Source: an uncultured Nitrososphaerota archaeon | GTDB lineage: Archaea; Korarchaeota; Korarchaeia; Korarchaeales; Korarchaeaceae | Assembly (NCBI GenBank): GCA_964618805.1 | Contig: CAZUBM010000027.1 | Location: 1-20,800, forward strand | DNA length: 20,800 nt | Direction: 5' to 3' | Shown here: positions 7,458 through 15,229 of the stretch, piece by piece | How the letters are laid out: each line of letters opens with the position of its first letter | How positions within the stretch are numbered: the first letter of the stretch is position 1 | Position numbers and translations under genes: made by a program | The notes under the pieces: model-generated | What the model saw: only the letters and a program-made list of their open reading frames with translations | What the model was told of the DNA's origin: nothing | Database searches by the model: none

Positions 7458-8621
7458 TTGAAATCATTGGCTAACAACGCCATTGAGGGTTTCCGGGGGC
7501 AAACTAAAGGTCCAAAGAAGATCATACCCGATGATAAATCTCTTCTAGAATTTGCACAGACAATACAGCCCCGAATTGTCATCATTGGTGTTGGTGGCGC
7601 TGGTTGTAACACAATCACTAGGTTGAACGGAATTGGTATAGAGGGCGTTGAGACAGTAGCTGCTAATACAGACGTTCAACATCTTCTAAGAACCGTTGCG
7701 TCGAGAAAGGTCTTGCTTGGAAAGCAACTATGCGGCGGATATGGTGCAGGAGCTGATTATAGGATTGGAGAAGAGGCAGCTAAGGAGAGCGCTGAAGAGA
7801 TAAGGAAGATTGTGGAGAAGGCTGATATCGTGTTTGTAACCGCAGGTCTTGGTGGAGGTACTGGAACCGGCGGAGCTCCGGTCATAGCTGAAGTTGCTAG
7901 GGATATGGGAGCTGTTGTTGTGGGAATTGTAACGCTTCCATTTGAAGCCGAAGGAGATAGAAGGAGATCTGTGGCTCAATGGGGATTGGAACGTCTGTCC
8001 AAAAACGTTGATACATTGGTTGTAATCAGGAATGACAGGATTTTGGAGATAACTGGAGAACTTCCAATGCATCAAGCTTTCTTGGTTGCAGATGAGCTGA
8101 TGGCAAGGGCTATTAAGGCAATATCAGATGTTGCCCAAAAACCAGCTTTAATAAACGTTGATCTAGCCGATCTGAGGACTATCTTGGAGAATGGTGGCCT
8201 AGCTTTAATGGGTGTGGGAGAGAGCGATTCTGAAAACAGGGCAATGAAGGCCTTGCAAGAAGCATTAGAAAATCCTTTGTTTGAGGGAGACATATCTGGA
8301 GCAACGGGTGCAATAGTTCACATATCTTGTGGTTCTGATTTTTCATTGGATGAGATGGGAGAGGTTCTTGAAGCGGTTGCAGGGATTCTTTCCCCTGAAG
8401 CAAACCTCATTTGGGGAGTTGGCCTTGAAGAGTCCTTGAAGTCCGCTGTAAGGGTGTTAGTAATAATAGTTGGGGTTAAATCTCCTATATTTGAGAAGAT
8501 CGCTAGAGCAAGAGAGCTTAAGGCAATTACTCCTACTGATTTAATAAGAGGATCTCGCAAAGTTCCAGGAGAAGAAAAAATTAAGGAATTAACTGATCAA
8601 TTAGAAATAGAGCGTATATAA
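7458..8621 (+). CDS. ftsZ: Cell division protein FtsZ (FtsZ1-type by synteny)
   Basis: [22 protein letters not shown] signature, PFEAEG, T7 loop INVDLADL; followed by secE-spt5-rpl11. Confidence 0.98.
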   Translation: MKSLANNAIEGFRGQTKGPKKIIPDDKSLLEFAQTIQPRIVIIGVGGAGCNTITRLNGIGIEGVETVAANTDVQHLLRTVASRKVLLGKQLCGGYGAGADYRIGEEAAKESAEEIRKIVEKADIVFVTAGLGGGTGTGGAPVIAEVARDMGAVVVGIVTLPFEAEGDRRRSVAQWGLERLSKNVDTLVVIRNDRILEITGELPMHQAFLVADELMARAIKAISDVAQKPALINVDLADLRTILENGGLALMGVGESDSENRAMKALQEALENPLFEGDISGATGAIVHISCGSDFSLDEMGEVLEAVAGILSPEANLIWGVGLEESLKSAVRVLVIIVGVKSPIFEKIARARELKAITPTDLIRGSRKVPGEEKIKELTDQLEIERI

Positions 8622-8632
8622 GGTGAATTACA

Positions 8633-8806
8633 TTGTCAAGCAAGCGATCGCTGAGAGATAAGATAGAAAAGACCCTAAAAGTAGCAGAAAAGCCTGATTG
8701 GAACGAGATTTGGACTATGTTAAAGATAACCTTGTTAGGCTTCGGTCTTGTTGGGGCAATAGGTTTTATAATTCAGTACATCTGGACCTTCCTAAGGCTT
8801 CCATAA
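8633..8806 (+). CDS. secE: Protein translocase subunit SecE/Sec61-gamma (57 aa, missing from ORF track)
   Basis: Hand translation MSSKRSLRDKIEKTLKVAEKPDWNEIWTMLKITLLGFGLVGAIGFIIQYIWTFLRLP; KP..E motif plus G..G.IGFII TM helix; TTG start with SD AGGTGA. Confidence 0.94.
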   Translation: MSSKRSLRDKIEKTLKVAEKPDWNEIWTMLKITLLGFGLVGAIGFIIQYIWTFLRLP

Positions 8807-8837
8807 AGCTTAGGTTAGGTATTAGGAGCTGAGATCC

Positions 8838-9323
8838 ATGAAACAACCGGCCCAGAAGAATGTAATATTCTTTGTAATTAGAGCTATAGCTGGACAAGAG
8901 GCTAAAGTTGCCTGGCTTCTTTACAAGAGAGCTGAATCGAGGGGCATAAGAGTTAAGTCGATTTTGGCTCTTCCCTCCCTGCGAGGCTACCTTTTCGTTG
9001 AGGCTGATAGGGAATATGATGTGAGAAGACTCGTTAGAGGGCTTCAGAAAGCCAAGATGATGAGGGCAAATCCCGTTACCATTGAAGAGATAGATTCCAT
9101 GATCTCAAAGGAACCTGAGAAAATAGAAGTAAAGCCCGGAGACGTAGTCAAGATAATAAAAGGGAACTTCAAGGGCTTCAGAGCTAGGGTTATATCGGCA
9201 CCAGAGCCTGGCGTAGAATCTAAGGAGAAGAGGTTCATAATAGCTACGCTCTTGGATGTTGGGAAGGACTGGGAGATAAGAATACCCCTAGAAAATGTGA
9301 AAATCCTCAGAGAAGAAAGCTAG
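8838..9323 (+). CDS. spt5: Transcription elongation factor Spt5 (NusG family)
   Basis: NGN domain (GQE, LRGYLFVEA) and KOW domain (GDVVKIIKGNFKG). Confidence 0.95.
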   Translation: MKQPAQKNVIFFVIRAIAGQEAKVAWLLYKRAESRGIRVKSILALPSLRGYLFVEADREYDVRRLVRGLQKAKMMRANPVTIEEIDSMISKEPEKIEVKPGDVVKIIKGNFKGFRARVISAPEPGVESKEKRFIIATLLDVGKDWEIRIPLENVKILREES

Positions 9324-9333
9324 GTGATCGTTC

Positions 9334-9816
9334 ATGCCAACTAAGGTTGTGAAAGTGCTAGTTGAGGGAGGAAAGGCTACTCCTGGACCTCCTCTTGGTC
9401 CAGCAATCGGTGGGCTGGGCCTTAACATAGGAGAGATAGTGAAAGAGATCAATCAAAGGACGAAGGAATACCAAGGCATGAAAGTTCCAGTAGAAATCAA
9501 GGTAGATCTAGATACAAAGAAATTTGAAATTGAGGTTGGAATCCCAGCAACTTCCATGCTAATTTTAAGAGAACTTGGGGTTGAGAAAGGCTCTGGTCAA
9601 ACTGGGACTCAGCAGGTTGGGGATTTGAAGTTCGAATCTATCTTAAAGATAGCTAAGATAAAGCTGCCAGACGCCAACACAAACTCCTTAAAAAGCATGG
9701 TAAAGATGGTGTTGGGTACAGCAGTTAGTATGGGCGTGACTGTTGAGGGAAAGGATCCAAAGGAACTAATAAAAGAAGTAGAGGAGGGGAAGTGGGACCA
9801 CCTATTGGAGGGTTGA
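9334..9816 (+). CDS. rpl11: 50S ribosomal protein L11
   Basis: GGKATPGPPLGPA, GTAVSMGVTVEG. Confidence 0.98.
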   Translation: MPTKVVKVLVEGGKATPGPPLGPAIGGLGLNIGEIVKEINQRTKEYQGMKVPVEIKVDLDTKKFEIEVGIPATSMLILRELGVEKGSGQTGTQQVGDLKFESILKIAKIKLPDANTNSLKSMVKMVLGTAVSMGVTVEGKDPKELIKEVEEGKWDHLLEG

Positions 9817-9819
9817 AAT

Positions 9820-10491
9820 ATGGGAAGTGAAAGCCAGCTAGAAGCTGCTTTAAAGAAAGTGATTGAGAACAGCCCTGAGAGGAAGTTCATAGAGTCGGTG
9901 GACATGACAGTCGTATTAAAGGGTATAGACCTAAAGAGGGATCCAAAGTCAAGGTTCTCAGAGATAATAGAGCTTGCACACCCGCCAAAGAACAGGACTT
10001 CAAAGATTGCGGTTATTGGGACCGGAGATTTCGCATTTAAAGCAAAAGAGGCCGGAGCTGACGCGGTTTTTGATCCTAGCGATATAATTGGCAAGAAAAA
10101 GAAGGATCTTAAGAAGTTGGTAAGCGAATATGATTTCTTCATAGCTCAAGCCGACGTTCTACCAAAGATAGTTCCAACTATCGGGCCTGTTTTTGGACCA
10201 AGGAATAAGATGCCGATTCCACTCCCAGTAACGAGGTCAGAAGACCTTCCTAACTTGATTGAGCGTTTAAGGCGGTCTGTTGTGGCAAGGATGATGAAAG
10301 ATCAGCCAGTATTTCATGTGAAAATAGGCTCGAGAGATATGGATGTAAAAGAGTTGGTTGAAAACGCTGAACGTGTAATTGAAGCCCTTAAGAGAAAGTA
10401 TGGCTCGCTTGATAGGTACCTTAAGACCATTTACTTCAAAACGACTATGGGGCCGGCAGAGAGGGTTGTGCTCGAGGGTGTAGCTAGATGA
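9820..10491 (+). CDS. rpl1: 50S ribosomal protein L1
   Basis: RKFIESVD, GPRNKMP, KTTMGP. Confidence 0.97.
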   Translation: MGSESQLEAALKKVIENSPERKFIESVDMTVVLKGIDLKRDPKSRFSEIIELAHPPKNRTSKIAVIGTGDFAFKAKEAGADAVFDPSDIIGKKKKDLKKLVSEYDFFIAQADVLPKIVPTIGPVFGPRNKMPIPLPVTRSEDLPNLIERLRRSVVARMMKDQPVFHVKIGSRDMDVKELVENAERVIEALKRKYGSLDRYLKTIYFKTTMGPAERVVLEGVAR

Positions 10492-11345
10492 AAGTCGTAA
10501 GCAAGAGAGCCGAGAAGGCAAAGCAGATGGAAAGAATAAAGAGGCTTGCTAAGGAGTATCCAGTGATCTTATTTGCAGATTTTGCTAGGGTGCCTGCCAA
10601 CGCGTTTCAGAGGCTGAGGAAAGAACTTGCTCCTAAGACCAAACTCGTTGTTATTAAGAAGAAGCTTGTACCCATAGCCTTCAAGGATTTAAATCGCCCA
10701 GGATTGCAGGAATTGCTTAATCACATGCCAAATAACCTGGTCATAGTATTCTCTAAGGAGAGCCCAACAAAGATCTACAAGCGCCTAATAGAAAGCAAGA
10801 TTAACGTCTTTGTTAAGCCTAATGACGTCGCTCAGAAGGACATAGTGATTCCTGAAGGGCCCACAGATCTAATGCCTGGCCCCATTCTCACAGATCTACG
10901 AGCTTTGGGGGTAAAAACGAGGATAAGAGGGAGTAAGATATGGATAGGCTCTGAAAAGCTTTTGGTCAAAGCTGGTGAGAGGATCGACGCAACCATAGCT
11001 GATGTATTGCATAAACTTGGAATAAAGGCGATGGAGGTGTACATAAAGCCATCTGCGGCCATCGATGCTGAAGGGGTGCTCTACCTTCCCGAAGTACTTT
11101 CTATGACATCTGATAGAATAGAACAGATGATGAGAGAGGCTTTCCAAAACGCGTTTAAGCTAGCCATTGAGGTAGGTGAAATAGACAAGACCACGGTGGG
11201 TGTTCTCATACAAAGGGCTTATGTAAATGCTCTTTCTCTTGCAACAGAAACTGGTTGGGTCAGCAAGGAAACCTTACCTGAGCTCTTAAGAAGGGCATAC
11301 ATTCGGGCTAAATTGCTTCAAGAAAGGGCGGAGAAAGCATCGTAG
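10488..11345 (+). CDS. rpl10: 50S ribosomal protein L10 (aP0)
   Basis: L10 fold, insertion domain GPTDLMPGP..., and three C-terminal helical repeats; no acidic tail. Confidence 0.94.
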   Translation: MKVVSKRAEKAKQMERIKRLAKEYPVILFADFARVPANAFQRLRKELAPKTKLVVIKKKLVPIAFKDLNRPGLQELLNHMPNNLVIVFSKESPTKIYKRLIESKINVFVKPNDVAQKDIVIPEGPTDLMPGPILTDLRALGVKTRIRGSKIWIGSEKLLVKAGERIDATIADVLHKLGIKAMEVYIKPSAAIDAEGVLYLPEVLSMTSDRIEQMMREAFQNAFKLAIEVGEIDKTTVGVLIQRAYVNALSLATETGWVSKETLPELLRRAYIRAKLLQERAEKAS

Positions 11346-11361
11346 TTTAATTTCAGTTCGA

Positions 11362-12894
11362 TCATAGATCAATGCACTCCAAAACAGCCCGAGGAATATA
11401 TTTTAGTAGGTCTGTCGCAACTAAGGAATACCCTAGATCTTTACATGCCAGATCTCCAGCCCTACCCGCTATATAGGCTGCAGCAGAGGAAGCCCTGAGA
11501 GGATCTTTGTGAACTGCAAAAAATGCCGATACCACCCCTGAAAGAACGTCTCCTGTGCCGCCAACAGTCATACCTGGATTTCCAGTTACATTGATTTTGA
11601 ACTTCTCCCCAAGAGAAGCTACGACGTCAACATGGCCCTTTAGTAGTACTGTTCCATTTAATTGACGGGAACCGAATAAAGCCAATTTTATCCTACCCTT
11701 TACGTCAAGTGGTGGCTTTTTCCCAAAAATATTTGAAAACTCTGAAGAGTGCGGCGTTATTATTAGCTTTGGCCACCCCATTTCCGGCTTTATGAATTTT
11801 AACGCATCAGCATCTAACACAACCTTCTTATCATTTTCTTTCAAGATCTCTAGCAACATGATTGCTGCTTCTCTCGTCTCAGGATATCTGCCAAGACCTG
11901 GACCTACCAAAATCACATCGCTCTTATTTGCTTCCTCTAAAATCGTTTTGACATCATTTTGCATGAGTTTATCCCTAGATTTCAGGGGAACTGCTATGAG
12001 ATTCGGATTCATGCTTTTTATGGGAATAATAGCTTTTTCAGGACCCATTATCAGCACTAGATCTGCTCCGCTCCTAAGAGCAGCTAAACCTGCTAAAGCA
12101 GGGGCTCCTGAGTACTTTGAGGAGCCCCCAACTATAAGTATCCTTCCAAAATCGCCCTTATGGCTCCAAGGTTCCCTCTTCCTTATGACAACTTTAACGT
12201 CGCCAGGACCACAAAGTATGAGAGATTCAGGTGGTGCACCTATCTTTTCAACAATCACTTCTCCACAAATTCCCTCCCTGAGCCCTGGTTTCAGCGAATG
12301 AAAGGTTACAGTTACATTCGCCTTCACGCATGCACCAGCTGCTTCACCGGTAAATGGATCCAATCCAGAGGGAGTATCTATGCTTAGAATTGGCGTATTT
12401 AAAGAATTAATTAGATCTATGGCATCTGCAATAAGTCCTCTTGGAGCTCCTCTCGTACCAGTGCCAAGAAGGGCATCAATTATTAGGTCCCCATCTTTTA
12501 CGCCTATAAGTTGCTCCTTTGAACTTATAACTTGAATTTCAACAGAGAGACCACATTTCTTTAGGATCTGGTAGTTGTACTTTGCTTCCTTGGCTTTTGG
12601 CTCGCCTCCTATGAGCAGGACCTTTACATTTGCTCCTAAGCTTGCTAAGTGTCTGGCTGCAACGATGCCATCTCCTCCGTTGTTCCCTCTGCCACAGAAC
12701 ACCAAAATTCTCTTTCCTTTCGGAGAATTCAGTATTTTCAGAGCATTTCTTGCAATTGCAGCCCCTGCGTTCTCCATTAATAGGAGCTTAGTTACTCCAA
12801 GCCATTCAGAATTCTCCTCTAGCACGATGTAATCTTCTCTGGTTGTGGGCTCAATTACGCGATTTATGACTTTATTCAAATTCAGCTCTTTCAA
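11362..12894 (-). CDS. nnr: Bifunctional NAD(P)HX epimerase/dehydratase NnrE-NnrD
   Basis: LMENAG, GNNGGDG, DALLGTG, DTPSG (NnrE); HKGDFG, GPGLG, DADAL, TPH..EF, GGTGDVLSG (NnrD). TTG start with SD GAGGGA. Confidence 0.96.
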   Translation of the reverse strand: MKELNLNKVINRVIEPTTREDYIVLEENSEWLGVTKLLLMENAGAAIARNALKILNSPKGKRILVFCGRGNNGGDGIVAARHLASLGANVKVLLIGGEPKAKEAKYNYQILKKCGLSVEIQVISSKEQLIGVKDGDLIIDALLGTGTRGAPRGLIADAIDLINSLNTPILSIDTPSGLDPFTGEAAGACVKANVTVTFHSLKPGLREGICGEVIVEKIGAPPESLILCGPGDVKVVIRKREPWSHKGDFGRILIVGGSSKYSGAPALAGLAALRSGADLVLIMGPEKAIIPIKSMNPNLIAVPLKSRDKLMQNDVKTILEEANKSDVILVGPGLGRYPETREAAIMLLEILKENDKKVVLDADALKFIKPEMGWPKLIITPHSSEFSNIFGKKPPLDVKGRIKLALFGSRQLNGTVLLKGHVDVVASLGEKFKINVTGNPGMTVGGTGDVLSGVVSAFFAVHKDPLRASSAAAYIAGRAGDLACKDLGYSLVATDLLKYIPRAVLECIDL

Positions 12895-12915
12895 TGAAAC
12901 ATCCCTCTAACGATC

Positions 12916-12979
12916 TGGGGCCTCAGAGCAGATCAGTTCTATCATGAGTCAATGCCGTCGCTAGTCTTCATCGGCCCCA
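12916..12979 (-). ncRNA. C/D-box 2'-O-methylation guide sRNA
   Basis: TGGGGCC-G-[C ATGAAGA]-12 nt-[D' TTGA]-CTC-[C' ATGATAG]-12 nt-[D CTGA]-GGCCCCA; 7-bp terminal stem; intergenic. Confidence 0.88.
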
Positions 12980-12994
12980 AGCTTCTTCAGGCTT

Positions 12995-13501
12995 TTAAGA
13001 ATTTAAATGGTTTGCAATTTCGTCTCTCCTCTTTTTAGCCTGAATCAGAGTTTTCAACATTTTAAGGTAATGAGAGCCAAGCCAATAGGCCTTATTACAC
13101 TTCTTACAAAGGTATATCCAAAGATGCCTCTTTAGAATCTCTTCAGGAATTCCTTCCACCTGATCCGTAGAAACCTCAACTAGCTTTGTGTTGCAATCAG
13201 GACACCTAGTTTCATGGAGATCTATCCTTAATGGTATCGATTCAATCTTGGATAAAAGAGCTAGGGCATCGATCACGTTAGCGCTTGCAATATACCTAGT
13301 CTTGATCCCCCCTCTCCAAGCCCTCTGAAAGAGAGATTGATCTCCAGTTATGAGGATTCTTTTCTCAGATTTAGCTACTTTCAAGAGGTCTTCGTCACTA
13401 TCTCCTACCTCTGAAACGCTCAATACATCACATCCAAGTATTCTTAGCCACTTAACAAGTTTTCCTAGCATTGCATCGATTACAAATGCTAATTTTTCCA
13501 T
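12995..13501 (-). CDS. Mut7-C RNase (PIN + Zn ribbon, DUF82) protein
   Basis: DAMLGKLVKWLRILG, RILITGD, RCPDCN, CKKC..YWLGSH. Confidence 0.92.
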   Translation of the reverse strand: MEKLAFVIDAMLGKLVKWLRILGCDVLSVSEVGDSDEDLLKVAKSEKRILITGDQSLFQRAWRGGIKTRYIASANVIDALALLSKIESIPLRIDLHETRCPDCNTKLVEVSTDQVEGIPEEILKRHLWIYLCKKCNKAYWLGSHYLKMLKTLIQAKKRRDEIANHLNS

Positions 13502-13638
13502 TCAGAAGACCTTGTTTCTTATTAACGGAGTGAGCCTTGAGGATCCTCAGATTTTGTCTATAAAAGATTTCCGATATAAAATTCTGTTTAACAATTTCTT
13601 GGTTCAAAAGAAATCTCTAAAGCGAAATTAGAGTGAGA

Positions 13639-13711
13639 TAGCCCCGGCCGGATTCGAACCGGCGTCGCCGGGTCCAGAGCCCGGCGTGCTTGGCCGCTAC
13701 ACCACGGGGCT
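13639..13711 (-). tRNA. tRNA-Gln(CTG), CCA not encoded
   Basis: AGCCCCG/CGGGGCT acceptor with archaeal A1-U72, anticodon arm CCGGG-CTCTGGA-CCCGG, TTCGAAT loop. Confidence 0.97.
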
Positions 13712-13736
13712 TCCCTTTGATTTGTAGAGAACCTAA

Positions 13737-14495
13737 TCATAAATCTTTCGAAGCTTCTTTTAACACCGTAGAGATGGCCCTTATTTCGCTTCTTATGCCC
13801 TTACTCTCTTCTATCTTCGTACCTATAACCACTATGTTTGCTCCAGCTTTTGCTCTCTCAGAAATTTGTTCATGAGTCCGCAGTCCCCCTCCGACAATTA
13901 GACCCAAGTTGGTTAAACTCGCGATCGATCTAATCACCTCGGTTGGCACAGGTTTTTCAGCTCCACTTCCTGCTTCCAAGTATATCCATCTCATTCCAAG
14001 CATTTCAGCGGCAAGCGCGTATGCTATGGCTATTTCGGGCTTTCTCCTTGGTATAGGATTGACCCATCCAACCCATCCAGCAGCAGTGGCATGTCCAGGC
14101 TCGAATATCAAGTAAGCTGTGGGTATTGGCTCTATTCCTAGCTTCTTAACCTTTGGAGCTGCAAGAGCTTGAGCCTGAATGATCCAGTATGGATTTCCTG
14201 AGTTTAAAAGAGACATGAACAGTATTGCATCTGCTCCAGGAACCACCCCATCTACGTTCCCTGGAAAAAGTACGACAGGTATTGTGGTTTTAGATTTTAT
14301 CGCTAAGATCTTCCTCTCTAGATCGGCTCCTGCAGCTATGGATCCTCCGACTAGAATCAAATCCGCTCCTCCTTCTTCTAAATCAGATGCAAGGTTGCCC
14401 AAATAATCTATGCTGACGTTGGCGGGGTCTATAAGGGTTGCCAGCAGAGTCCTTTCCATGCTCCTATCTTTCAAATACTTTTCAACGTTCTTCAT
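13737..14495 (-). CDS. Geranylgeranylglyceryl phosphate synthase (group II)
   Basis: TLIDP, ILVGGS, PVVLFPG, FMSLLNS, GWVG, YLEAGSGA, VGGGLR. ATG 14495 with SD GAGGGTGA. Confidence 0.95.
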   Translation of the reverse strand: MKNVEKYLKDRSMERTLLATLIDPANVSIDYLGNLASDLEEGGADLILVGGSIAAGADLERKILAIKSKTTIPVVLFPGNVDGVVPGADAILFMSLLNSGNPYWIIQAQALAAPKVKKLGIEPIPTAYLIFEPGHATAAGWVGWVNPIPRRKPEIAIAYALAAEMLGMRWIYLEAGSGAEKPVPTEVIRSIASLTNLGLIVGGGLRTHEQISERAKAGANIVVIGTKIEESKGIRSEIRAISTVLKEASKDL

Positions 14496-14555
14496 GTGGA
14501 TCACCCTCAATTTCCAATTGATATTTTTAATGAATTTCCATGGGACTTTCTTGAA

Positions 14556-15095
14556 ATGAAGGAAGGCCTAAGACTGCTGGCTATAGATGATTCCCCATTT
14601 AAGAGGGAATACGATGAAAAAACGTATTTAGTAGGCCTTACTTTCCGAGGCATGACGTTGGAAAGAGCTGATAAAGTTCAGATCACGATCGACGGTGATG
14701 ATGCACATGGAGGGATCGTAAAACTATATGAAATGGGGGGTAGGGAAGCTCAAATCATCCTGCTGCATGGAACTACTTTTGGAGGGTTTAACATAGTAAA
14801 CATTTTATCGCTATGGAAGCAGATCAACGTGCCGATTGCTGCTTTTTTGGAGAAACCTCCTCGAGAGCAAATAATTGTGAAAACGCTTGAACGGCTTTTT
14901 CCAACAAAAATTCATGTTTTCCTATCCAATCCCGGATATGAGGAGTTTAACACCCCTAAGGGCACTTTATATTGTGCTCATGCTGGTATTTCAGAAAGCG
15001 ACGTTCGAGAGTTGATCTCAATATACTCAATCGAATCAAAGCTTCCAGAGCCCATACGCATGGCTCATATAATTGCAGGGCTTCTAGGTAGATAA
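14556..15095 (+). CDS. DUF99 (UPF0215, endonuclease V-like) family protein
   Basis: RLLAIDDSPF, IDGDDA, G.TFGGFNIV, PEPIRMAH. ATG 14556 lies ~25 nt after TTTTTAAT (leaderless). The ORF-track extension overlaps the GGGPS start region. Confidence 0.88.
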   Translation: MKEGLRLLAIDDSPFKREYDEKTYLVGLTFRGMTLERADKVQITIDGDDAHGGIVKLYEMGGREAQIILLHGTTFGGFNIVNILSLWKQINVPIAAFLEKPPREQIIVKTLERLFPTKIHVFLSNPGYEEFNTPKGTLYCAHAGISESDVRELISIYSIESKLPEPIRMAHIIAGLLGR

Positions 15096-15229
15096 TGATC
15101 TAGTGGGATTTGGAAAAACGTTTTCTGATGCTTATTGGACAGTCTCTTTTAGCCAATTATTTTTTAGCAACATATCCTACTGAGCAAAAGATTGGGCTAT
15201 GAGAGGGATTTTCCTAGGGGGGTGTCATT

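Noticed and set aside
8810-8826. TTAGG repeated three times before spt5
   Set aside because: Too short; the last copy is part of the SD (AGGAG).
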